From Hypanus sabinus (lineage: Eukaryota), in NCBI RefSeq assembly GCF_030144855.1, contig NC_082708.1, forward strand, positions 17,794,001 through 17,858,000: a stretch of 64,000 nucleotides of DNA, in the 5' to 3' direction. Shown one piece after another: positions 13,100 to 23,229 of this stretch. Each line of letters starts with the position of its first letter. The first letter of the stretch is position 1. Made by a program: the position numbers and the translations under genes. A model generated the notes under the pieces. The model had not been told where the DNA came from, searched no databases, and worked only from the letters and a program-made list of their open reading frames with translations.

Positions 13100-14153
13100 C
13101 TTCCTTTATTACAACGAAAAAGTGCCAGGCAAACTCAAAGGTCTTAAGGTGGATAGGTCACCTGGGCCTGATGAACTACATCCCAGAGTCCTACAAGAGG
13201 TTGCTGAAGAGATATTGGATGCATTGGTAATGACCTTTCAAGAATCACTTGACTCTGGCATTGTCCCAGAGGACTGGAAGATTGCAAATGTCACTCCACT
13301 CTTTAAGAAGGGAAGGAGACCAAAGAAAGGAAATTTTAGGCCAGTTAGCCTAACCTCAGTGGTTGGAGTCTATTATTAAGGATGAGGTTTCAAGGTAGTT
13401 GGAGATTAATGATAAAATAAATCAAAGTCAGCATGGTTTCTGTCAAGGGAAATCTTGCCTGATGAATCTGTTAGAGTTCTTCAGGGAAGTAACAAGCAGG
13501 CAGGACCAAGGAGAGGCAAGTGGATGTCATTGAATTAGATTTCCAGAAGGCATTTGATAAGGTGCCAGACATGGGGTTGCTTAACAAGATAAAGTCCTAC
13601 AGCACTACAGGAAATATACTGGCATGGATAGCAGGATGGCTGATAGGCAGGAGGCAGTGAGTGGGAATAAGACAGGCCTTTTCCGATTGGCTGCCAGTGA
13701 CTAGTGGTGTTCGTCAGTACTGAGACTGTTACTTTTCACATTGTTTGTCAATGATTTGGATAATGGAATTGATGGCTTTGTGGCAAAGTCTGCGGATGAT
13801 ACAAAGATAGGTGGAAGGAAGGTAGTGCTGAGGAAGCAATGCAATTGCAGCAGGACTGAGACAAATTGGAGGATTGGGCAAAAAAGTGGCAGATGGAATA
13901 CAGTGTTAGGAAATGTATGATGATGCACTTTGGTAAAATGAACAATAGTGTAGAATATTATCTAGATGAGGAGAAGGATTAAACATCCAGGGTACAGAGG
14001 GACTTAGGAGTCCTCGTGCAAGACTCCCAGAAGGTTAATTTACAGGTTAGGTCTGTGGTAAAGAAAGCAAATGCAATGTTGGTATTTATTTCAACCGGAC
14101 TAGAATATAATAAAAAGCGATAATGCTGAGGCTTTATAAGACACTGGTCAGGC
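13100..14153 (+). mobile_element. CR1 LINE ORF2 (RT) fragment
   Basis: ORF 13122-13379 SPGPDELHPRVL..PEDWKIANVTPLFKKG..NFRPVSLTSVVG; downstream DFQKAFDKVP and ADDTKIGG. Confidence 0.92.
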
Positions 14154-14689
14154 AGACAGTTCATTACCCCTGGATGAATTAGGCCAGGCATTACCTTGGT
14201 CTCATGGAAATGGTTCATGATTCCAGCTCACCAACCTGTGGTCCTGCTATAAACGTGGCGGATAGCTTTGGGGAGTCACGTTCAGATACTGGAAGTCCTC
14301 AGGCTCACTCCCGCCACAACAGGTTTGTCTGCCACATCAGTGCAGCACCTCGACTGCAGAGTGGGTGCACGATCAAGGGTGCTCGGCAAAGGCTGTTCCC
14401 TTGATGTCGCTGCTGACACTGCTATCTGAGTAGTGAGATTATCATACCAAGTACCCTCGCTCTCTATAACCACCCAGATATCATCTGCCGTACCAAAGCC
14501 TGGTGCAGGCACTGAGCAGTGCAATGCAGGTAACCACATTATGCAAAGCCCATGTAGGCAAGCAACAGCTTTTAGCACAAGGCCACAGATGTAGAAGAAG
14601 AATTAGACCATCATCCCATTAAATCTGCTCTGCCATTCCATCACGGCAACTTAACATCTTAACGCCTTTGCTCAATGCCCACTGATGAA

Positions 14690-15735
14690 AGCCAGTATGC
14701 CAGGACTTGTGGGAGTAAATTATATCTTGAGGTTGGACAGGCTAGAACTTTATTTCTTGTAGCACTTGCTGCATAGGGCACTGATGGGTGATTGTACAGG
14801 GGTGTATAAAATCACATTTGGCATAGGTAAGCAGATAGATAGAACCACCAGGTTGGGGAATCAAGAACTAGAGGGCATAGGTTTAAGTGAGAGGGGAGAC
14901 TTTTAATAGGAGCTTGAAGGTCACTTTTTTACACAAGGGGTAGCACGTACAGTACTGTGCAGAAATCTTGGGCGCATATATATAGCTAGGGTGACTTAAG
15001 ACTTTTGCACAGTACTGTAGTAATTTTACATATTGCATTTACTGTTGACACAAAAAAATCATGACATATGTGAGTGACAATAAGCCTGATTCTGATATGG
15101 GTCTCTATTGTGTACTGAGAGTGGGAAGAGGGCAAGGAGAGGGGAAGGAGTGGGGGGACATTCTGTATTTGTTTGGAATCAAGTGACCGTGCCTGGTGTC
15201 TCAGGGCTGGGTGTGACTGCAGCCGCACCATCAGCTGCATTGGCACTTCTCTGCCCCCTCCCCACACCCTTCCCACGACACTCCACCCTCACCATTCCTA
15301 ACGTTCTTTGCTCCCGCTAGATTTACAAACTTGCTCTCCACTCCACATTGACAAATACAGTAATGTGCAAAAGCCTTAGGCACCCTAGCTATATATGTAT
15401 ATGCGCCTAAAACTTTTGCACAATACCATATAGGGACAAGTTTAGTTGAAGGGCCTTTTTCTGTGTTGTATGTACAGAATAATTCCATCACAATGACGTA
15501 CAGGGCAAGTTTTTTGCTCTAAGACAGCGGTGGGTTCCTGGAACCCACTGTCAGGGGTAATGGTGGAAGCCAATACACCAATAGCATTCATGAGGCATAA
15601 ATATACCGGGAATGGAGAAATGCCAATTATGTGCAGGCAGAAGGGATTTAGTTTAACTTTGTAATTTGTTTGGCACAGAATGATGGGCCAAAAGGTCTAT
15701 TCCTGTTCTGTACTGGTGTATGTTCCATGTTCCAG
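14690..15735 (+). mobile_element. CR1 3' fragments interrupted by a composite MITE
   Basis: RLELYFL, gaactagagggcatagg and ttttacac motifs before 14949; CR1 tail motifs after 15430. Confidence 0.65.
14950..15428 (+). mobile_element. Composite non-autonomous Tc1/mariner-type element, cargo family 1
   Basis: Two ~70-bp palindromes (cagtactgtgc...gcacagtactg) at 14950-15017 and 15358-15428 flank ~340 bp of cargo. TA on both sides. Confidence 0.8.
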
Positions 15736-17168
15736 TTGGTAAGATCGTGTCCACTATCGCAATGTCATTTTCTTGCACTAAACATTGTCCGTTTATTCTC
15801 TTAATATGCAAAAAATTAACCATCTTGTCCTTCACAACACTCAACAAATAAAACATAACCATCCTCAAATGTAAAGAATTCAAGATGATGCCTCTTGCTC
15901 TTGATGAATTTCTTAACTCAGGCCTGAATAACCATACCCGCTATTTTGAGACAATGACCCCTGGGTGCAGACGCCTCAGCCGGGGAAAACATTTCTGCTC
16001 CTACTTGGTTAATCGGCTTAGGAATTTTATTGGTTTTAATGAGATTTCCTGGTATTCAAAACAATATGGATCTTCTCAGTAACATTCAATTCCCTTGCTC
16101 TCATCTTCAGCATAGATGTTCAGTCCCCATAGACTTCTACCCCCATCAAGAAGGCCGCCATGCCCACTGCTTCTTTCTTGATAAAAGAACCAGCCAATAG
16201 CCCTCCTCTACTAAACTCCTCAACCTGGCAGAACAAGTGCTCGCCCTGAACAACTTTTCTTTCTGGTCTTCCCACTTTCTCCAAACCTGAGTGGTAGCCA
16301 TGGGCACTTGCCATGGACCCAAACTTTGCCAACCTCTTTGCTGGCTACGTGGAACAGTCCATGTTTGAAGCCTTTCCCTGTCATACTCTGCAATTCCTTC
16401 TCCACTACTTCTATGACTGCATTGTTGCTGCTTTATTCACTCATGCTGAGCTTGTTAGTTTCATCAATTTTGCCTCTAACTTCCACCCTGACCTTAAATT
16501 CACTTGGTCTATCTCTGACACCTCCCTCCCCTTTCTTGATCTCTCTGCCTCCATCTCTGGAGAAAACCTGTCAACAACAAGCATCTTATATAAACCTACT
16601 GATCCCCATCGTTATCTCAAATATATCTCTTCCCACCCCATCTCCTGTAAAAATGCTATTCCCTTTTCTCAGTTCCTTCACTTCCACCGCATCTATTCCC
16701 AGGAGATGCGGCCTTCCATTCGAGGTCATCAAAGACATCCTTCCTCTTCAAAGAAAGGGGTTTCCCTCTCTCCACTATTGATGCTGCTCTCTCCTGCATC
16801 TCCTCCATTTCCTGTACATCCGGCTCACCCCCTCCTCCTGCCTCTGTAATAGTGATAGAGTCCCTCTACTACCCGATCAGCCTCAGTATCCAACACATTA
16901 TTGTCCACAACCTCCACCATCTCCAAAGGGATCCTACCACAAAACACCTTTACCTCTCCCTGCTTCCCCCCACCACTTTCTGTAGAGAGCACGCCCTCTG
17001 CATTTCCCTTGCCCATCTATCCCTCCCCACTAATCTCCCTCCAGGCACTTATCCTTGCAATTGGCTTGTGTTACATCTGCCCATACACCTCCTCCCTCAC
17101 CTCCATTCAGGGCCCCAAAAAGTCCTTTCAGTTGAAACAATACTTCACCTGCGAATCTATTGTGTCTG

Positions 17169-17312
17169 TGATGCACCATCAATAACAACATCCTGGAGAC
17201 TGAGGGAGGAGCAGTGCCTCCAATCGCCTTTATTCAGGGGTCTGTGGGAGGAGCCACAAGAGCAGTCAGGGGGGGGGGGGCATGTCCAAATAGGTATATG
17301 TAGTTCACCACA
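17169..17312 (-). mobile_element. Solo LTR family A, internally deleted
   Basis: tgatgcacc...ttcaccaca with a perfect 5-bp TSD gtctg (17164-17168, 17313-17317). Confidence 0.88.
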
Positions 17313-17736
17313 GTCTGGTGCTCCCAATGCGGCCTCCTCTACACCGGTGAGACCCATTGTAAATGGGGGACCACTTTGTCCAACATCTCCACACTATCCA
17401 CTACAAGCATGCCTTCCTGGAGGCCAATCAGTTTAATTCCCATTCCTGTCCCAATGTGTTGGTTCCATGGCTTCCTCTTGAGCCTGAGGGTGGAAGAGAA
17501 ATGCCTTATATTCTGGTCTGGGTACCTTCCAACTGATGGCATGAATATCGATTTCATCTTCCGTTGAGCAAATTTCCCCCACCCCCTTCCTCTATTCTCC
17601 ACGCTGACCTTCCACGTCTTCTCACCCACCTATTACTTTCCCCTGGGTCTTTCCCTCTTTCCTATTCCTCACTCTCCTTCCCTTTCAGATTCTTTCTGCT
17701 CATCGCTTGACCTTTCCCTCCCACTTGCTTTCACTT

Positions 17737-18011
17737 GTCGGCTGGTGGCGCAGTAACATCAGCGCCAGACTCTGGAACGGAGGTTTCCGGGTTCGAATCC
17801 AGTCAGGCCGTTCCCAAGAACGCTTTCCATCCGTGCCGGGTTGAGTGTTGATCTCGCAACTCGACCTCATAAAATAAAGAAAAATACTGCGAAATGTCTG
17901 TGTGAGGAGTGGCATGCCACACAATCTTTCGTTCTGTGTCTTGTAAGGCATGAAAATGCCCGACGCTGGCCTCTCAGGCCTGAGTTGACATCATCGTCGT
18001 CAGCATCATCA
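17737..18011 (+). mobile_element. tRNA-derived SINE with (ATC)n-like tail
   Basis: A box tggcgcagt (17746), B box ggttcgaatcc (17790-17800), 11-bp TSD tgctttcactt (17726-17736, 18012-18022). Confidence 0.88.
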
Positions 18012-18090
18012 TGCTTTCACTTATAACCTTCCAGCTATCCTCCTTTCCCTCCCAACACCTTTTTATTCAGGCATCATCCCCCTTCCTGTC

Positions 18091-18128
18091 TGGTCCTGAG
18101 GAAGGGTCTCAGCCCGAAACATCCTCTG
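18091..18128 (+). ncRNA. Minimal type I hammerhead ribozyme motif, decayed
   Basis: CTGAGGA-A-GGG(tctcag)CCC-GAAAC-ATC: CUGANGA and GAAA core with stem II present; stem I degenerate. Confidence 0.65.
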
Positions 18129-19244
18129 TTTTATTCTTTCCATAGCTGCTGCCTGACCTGTTGAGATCCTCCAGCATTTTGTGCGTGTTGCTCTGAATCC
18201 CCAGCATCTGCAGTCTTCTTGTCCACATCCACTCTGTCTTGGCTTCTCAATATTCAATGGGTTTCAATGAGATTCCTACCCACCCCCCACACCACACATT
18301 CTTCTAATCTCCAGAGAGCGCCAGTACAGAGCCATCAAAAACTCCCCCTACATTAACCCTTTCATGCCCAGGCTCCAAATGTTTCCAGGATCAGTGGATA
18401 CAGATTTAAAATGTGAGGGACAATTCACGACTGAGCATATCAAAAACCTTTTTTTAAACTCAGAAATCGGACATGATCTGGAATGTACTGCTTCCCAGTG
18501 CGATGGAAATATTATATTTTTAAAAGGAAATTAAATCAGTGCCTGAGCAAGAATACTTTGCAGTGGCATGGGATATGAGACCAGGGGACTGGAAGGATTG
18601 CTCTGCTGGGAGATGTCACAGACTCAATGGGTGGAATGGCCTATTTTAAAGCAATTTTATGCTTTTAGCATTCTACTTTTCATTGGTTCTATTTTATATC
18701 TTTGCTCTACTGTGAAAGCCTGCAAGAAAATGTATCTCAAGGTAGTATATGGTGACGTATGCATAATTTGAAAATAAGTTTACTCTCTATTTCTTTTCAG
18801 CAGCAAAACAAATTGATCATTTGTTCCGCTGGAGTTTGTGAATCTTCGCACGGCACAAAATACCTTCTGCTGTGCAAAGTCTTCCGATGGCGTTCATTGA
18901 TGAGATGCTACAGTGCTTCTAGCCACCGAGACAGAAGCCGTTAGTGTATTGATACTGGGACAGAGTTGCACTTAGTGTTTTTTCCATTGCATCAGGTAGA
19001 AATCCTGTCTGGTTTTCGAAAAAAACAAAAAAATCTCCCTTAGAAGATGACAGGGGAATGTTCTGTTGTGTCACAGTCAGTTATTCATTAATGGACCATT
19101 GCCATCGTTTGTGCCCATGTTCCCTTCATTCTGGCACTGAATGGACTTCAAAAGCAAAACACGCAAAATGCTGGAGGATCCAGCAGGTCAGGAGGTATCT
19201 ATGGAGAGAAATAAACAACAAACATTTTGAGCTGACCGTGCCTG

Positions 19245-19545
19245 AAAGACCCAGAGAGCTATGTTGGCTGGAGTCAGGGCTTCGTGCTTGGTAGGTCACC
19301 CATACTAAACAGGTCAAAGTGTAAAGGTCAGATTAAGAGTGGTCCACCAGTCCTCCAGGTTTGGGGTTTCAGCTCAGGACAACCAACCCTGATTGGTGAA
19401 GGAAAATAGCTATGGCTACAAATGAGTGTGATGGTATTCCTGAGTCTCCACCTGGGACTTGCATGACTGACAGTAGTGAAAACCAAGAGGAAGTTACTGA
19501 CATAATGAAGGAAGACCTGAACAGGGATAGAGGACCTTCATTACA
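19245..19545 (+). mobile_element. RTE (Rex3/Expander-like) non-autonomous fragment
   Basis: gagctatgttggctgg...ggtaggtcacccatactaaacaggtc resembles Expander-type 5' UTRs (from recall). Confidence 0.45.
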
Positions 19546-19574
19546 TGCAGTGACATGATAGGCAGTAAGAAAGC

Positions 19575-19860
19575 AATTTTGGGTGAGATATTTCATCAGT
19601 ACGGAACAGGAAAGGGGAAAAAGCCAGAATCAGAAGTTGGGGGTGGGGGGCGGTGAAAGCAGTAAAAACCGGCAGGTGATAGAGGAAGAAGGAAGGGCAT
19701 TAGAGGGAGGTAATGGGCAGGTGAGGAGAAGAGAAGGGGTAAGAGGGAAGCCAGAATGGGGAATGGGAGTGGGGAAGGGAGGAGAAATTCAAGGAAGTTA
19801 GAGCAATTGACGTGCCTCTCATCAGGTTGGAGGATACCCTGACAAAATAAAAGGTATGCT
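19575..19860 (-). mobile_element. Penelope 3' fragment
   Basis: Reverse-complement similarity to 17500-18120, including the purine-rich tract and an eroded CTGATGA motif. Confidence 0.6.
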
Positions 19861-20469
19861 TCAGGCTATTTGCGGCTTTCTAGGTACTATATAAATGCAA
19901 ATTCACTTTATTACATTAAACATTCTGATGTCGTCTTTAAAAAAAATAACAAAGGCACCTGATTCTTTTTTATATCATGCTTATATTGGCTGTGGGTTCA
20001 GATGACTTCTGTCATTCATTTAACTTCACACCCACCACTGTCTCCATCCTTATTACTTCCTTTTGGTTTCCTTTGCTGATCCTGACAACTTCAGATTGGC
20101 CTAGAAATGTCGGCTGTTGGTATCACAAAATAGAGAAGTTACCACTAACCTCAGCAGCTAAAGGTTTTCTTTTCACCTTTTCACAAAGCAGCAGTAACAG
20201 CAGCTTTGTGGCTAACTAGGTCAACACCTACAATACAGAGGAGCCATATTGAGGAGCAAAGAATCAGCCTGTAGCTTGCAATGACCACAGAGATGCAGCC
20301 AACATCTATATCTGCGTCATTGATCATCTGGTGGGGGTTGGGGGGGGGGGGGGTTCTTTCATATGGAGCAAAATGCATCTGAGACACACAGCCTCCCCAC
20401 ATTACAATAGCCTGTTATGCAAATATGGACCATAAGCACAGAATATACTTGGAACAGTGAATCCATCAT

Positions 20470-20965
20470 TAGGGACCCACATCATCCAGATCATGCCTTG
20501 TTCTCATGGCTACCATCAAGAAGAAGGCACAGAAGCCCGAAGGCACACACCCAATGACTGAGGAACTGATTCTTCCCCTCTGCCAAACAAATTTCTGAAT
20601 GGAAACACAAAAATACAACTGCAGATGCTGTGGATCAAAGAATACGAACTCAACGCTGGAAGAACTCAGTAGGTCAGGCAGCATCCGTGAGAAAAGAGTA
20701 GCCACAGATGCTGCCTGACCTGCTGAGTTCTTCCAGCATTGTGTTCGTATTCTAGATTTCTGAATGGACGTTGAACCCATGAGCACTACCTCATAACTTT
20801 TTTATTTCTATTTTTGCACTACTTATTTTATTTAATTTTTATATGTATATGTATATTGTAATTTACAGTTTTTCCACTCTACTTTTATTCTTTTGCATTG
20901 TACTGCTGCTGCAAAGTCAACTAATTTCACGACATATGCCTGTAATATTAAACCTGATTCTGATC
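20470..20965 (+). mobile_element. Rex1/Babar 3' end
   Basis: DPHHP..LPS.RR motif, 3' UTR and aaacctgattctgat tail. Confidence 0.75.
20604..20755. mobile_element. Penelope-derived hairpin element with TSD
   Basis: 51-bp inverted arms (20639-20689, 20703-20753; 47/51 match); 13-bp TSD atttctgaatgga (20591-20603, 20756-20768). Confidence 0.82.
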
Positions 20966-21463
20966 TCATCAGTACATAGAACCAATCAATGTTTCGAGCT
21001 GTGACCCTTCATTAGGACACAGGTCTTCAAGGGTCTCAGTCAGACTGCTTATTGCCTTCCGTAGATTCTGCCTGACATGATGAGTTCCTCCTGCATTTTG
21101 TGTGTGTTGGATTTCCAGCATCATTAATTCATTACTGCCCAGTCACCTTACACCCATTGCCTATTCAGAGTTTTACCTACTTCTACCTTAAAAGTAAGTT
21201 AAAAAAAATATTTTTTCTGTCATTATTTACCATTTTTTATGTATCACGATGTACTGCTGCTGTAAAACAACCAATTTCACAATGATGCCAGTGAGATTAA
21301 ACCCGATTCTGATTCTGATTCAGAGAATCATGATGATATGGGGAAGAGAAAAAAAGCAATGCTGTGCTGGTGGGATGGCCAAAGGAAATTCTTTTATTTT
21401 TCTATAATATTCTTAACATGTATCTAGACGGCAATCACATTTTCCATATTGTGGCCTTGTATG

Positions 21464-21784
21464 TTTATTTATTTATTTGTTTATTCCTGTAGCTTATTTA
21501 GGGATACTGTGTGGAAGAGGCCCTTCTGGCTCAATGAGCCACACAGCCCAGCAACCCACCTGTTTAACCTTAGCCTAATCACGGGACAATTTACAATAAG
21601 CAATTAACCTACTAACTGGTACATTTTTGGGCTGTGGAAGGAACCTGGAGCACTTGGAAGAAACCCGAGGGTCCAGAGGGAGAATGTACAAACTCCTTTC
21701 AGGCAGGATCAAAATTGAACTCCAGCTCCAGAACACTCCTAGCCTTACTAGCAACAAACTAACTGCTATGCTACTGTGGCACCC
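21464..21784 (-). mobile_element. V-SINE (HE1-type)
   Basis: tRNA-like head gggtgccacagtagcatagc, V-domain (gggtttcttccaagtgctccaggttccttccacag...taggttaattg), LINE-like tail and (taaa)n. Confidence 0.8.
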
Positions 21785-22324
21785 ATATATGATGGTTATA
21801 TAATGCGATGGTATTATCATTTGGTTGTAAAGTGTAACGTAAGGTCTTGTGTGATAAGAATTATGCCTAGTAAAGTGGCTGTGGGCCTGCTTCAGAGATC
21901 TATTACTGACTAATTCTTCAATTAATGTTGCATTTGATTGCATAGAACTTCTTATTCCCTGGGAGAATAATTCAGCTTAATTCAGTTTAAGCTGAATTAC
22001 TGAGCATATCCTGATATGTGAAACTTACCTGATTCAGAGAAACATTCACTAAATGCCATTCAAGATATGTTTTAGGTAATCTTTGGATCTTTAGAGTTCT
22101 AGTGAACTCTAAGTGGATGTGTCTTAATCACAGGTCAAATCATATTTCCGTCAAATCTGTGTAAGATGAAAATGTTAAATCTGCATTTAGTACGAGGCTT
22201 TGTGGTCATATTTTCTAAAGTTAGGAACCTTAATCTGATCTTTGAGAGAGTGCATGTTAGAACAACTTGTCTTTATCAACAAGATGATGCAGTTTATTCC
22301 TACTGTCTATTCTGTCCAATCCCA

Positions 22325-22975
22325 GTGTGGATGGAAAGGTGTTAGAGTCCATTATTAAAGATGTAGTTACAGGGTACTTGGAGGCATATGACAATAAAAG
22401 GCCAAAGTCAGCATGGTTTGCTCCAGGGGAAATCTGGCCTGACAAATCTGTTGGGATTCTTTGAAAAAATAGCAGGCAGGATAGACAAAGTAGAGTCAAT
22501 GGATATTGTTTATTTGGAATTTCAGAAGACCTTTGACAAGGTGCTGCACACGAGGCTGTCAAACAAAAGCCCATGGTATTACAGGAAAAAATCCTGGCAT
22601 GGACAAAAAATTGACCGACAGGCAGGAGGCAAAGAGTGAAAATAAAGGGGGCTTTTTCCAATTAGCATTTGGTATTAATGCTGTTCTGCAAGGATTGATG
22701 TTGGAACCATTTCCCTTCACATTATATATCAATGATCTGGATGAGAGAATTGATGGCTTTGTCGCCGAGTTTGCAAACGGTACAAAGATTAGTGGAAGCA
22801 TGAATTGTTGAGGAAGTAGAGAGTCAGTAAAAGGACTTAAACCAATTAGGAGAACAGACAAAGAAGTGGCAGATGGAATATAGAGTATGGTCATGCACTT
22901 CGGTAGAAGGAGTAAACACATGAGCTATTTTCTAAATGGGTGCAAATTCAGAAATTGGAAGTGCAAAGGGACAAG
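22325..22975 (+). mobile_element. CR1 RT fragment
   Basis: ORF 22388-22639 SQHG..GKS.LTNLL.FFE..DIVYLEFQKTFDKV; ORF 22506-22811 YINDLD..FAN.TK. Confidence 0.88.
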
Positions 22976-23229
22976 ACAAAAATTAGCTTCCAATGAATTA
23001 TAACTTATTAGGAATAGTGTATGGGATTAATTGGGTAATAGCTGTTTCATTTTGCCTGAAAGACATCCTTTACATTGATTTTAAATGAAATAATTTTAAA
23101 ATAATTTGAATTTAAAATAATATGTGACTAAAACTCTTGCTTGAATTGTTAAATTGCTAATTTATTCAATTCCACTATCTGAGGAAGAATTCCCCACAGT
23201 TCAATGGATTAGATAAATTACATTGTGAC

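Larger units (their letters stand above)
16085..18222 (+). mobile_element. Penelope-like element (RT plus GIY-YIG remnant), 5'-truncated
   Basis: ORF 16313-16849 PNFANLFAGYVEQ..FHPDLKFTWSIS..LPFLDL..YKPTD..SSHP..KNAIPFSQF; ORF 16901-17185 CYICPY..QYFTCES; terminal hammerhead-bearing repeat. Confidence 0.9.

Noticed and set aside
17737-17810. tRNA gene
   Set aside because: The A and B boxes continue into a SINE body with a tail and TSD; there is no proper acceptor stem or T-run terminator.
19890-20425. Octamer ATGCAAAT motifs as an immunoglobulin promoter
   Set aside because: No leader or V exon follows, and an 8-mer is expected by chance in AT-rich DNA.
21968-21999. 13-bp inverted repeat taattcagcttaa/ttaagctgaatta
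   Set aside because: Real but short and isolated; most likely a local replication slip with no evidence of function.
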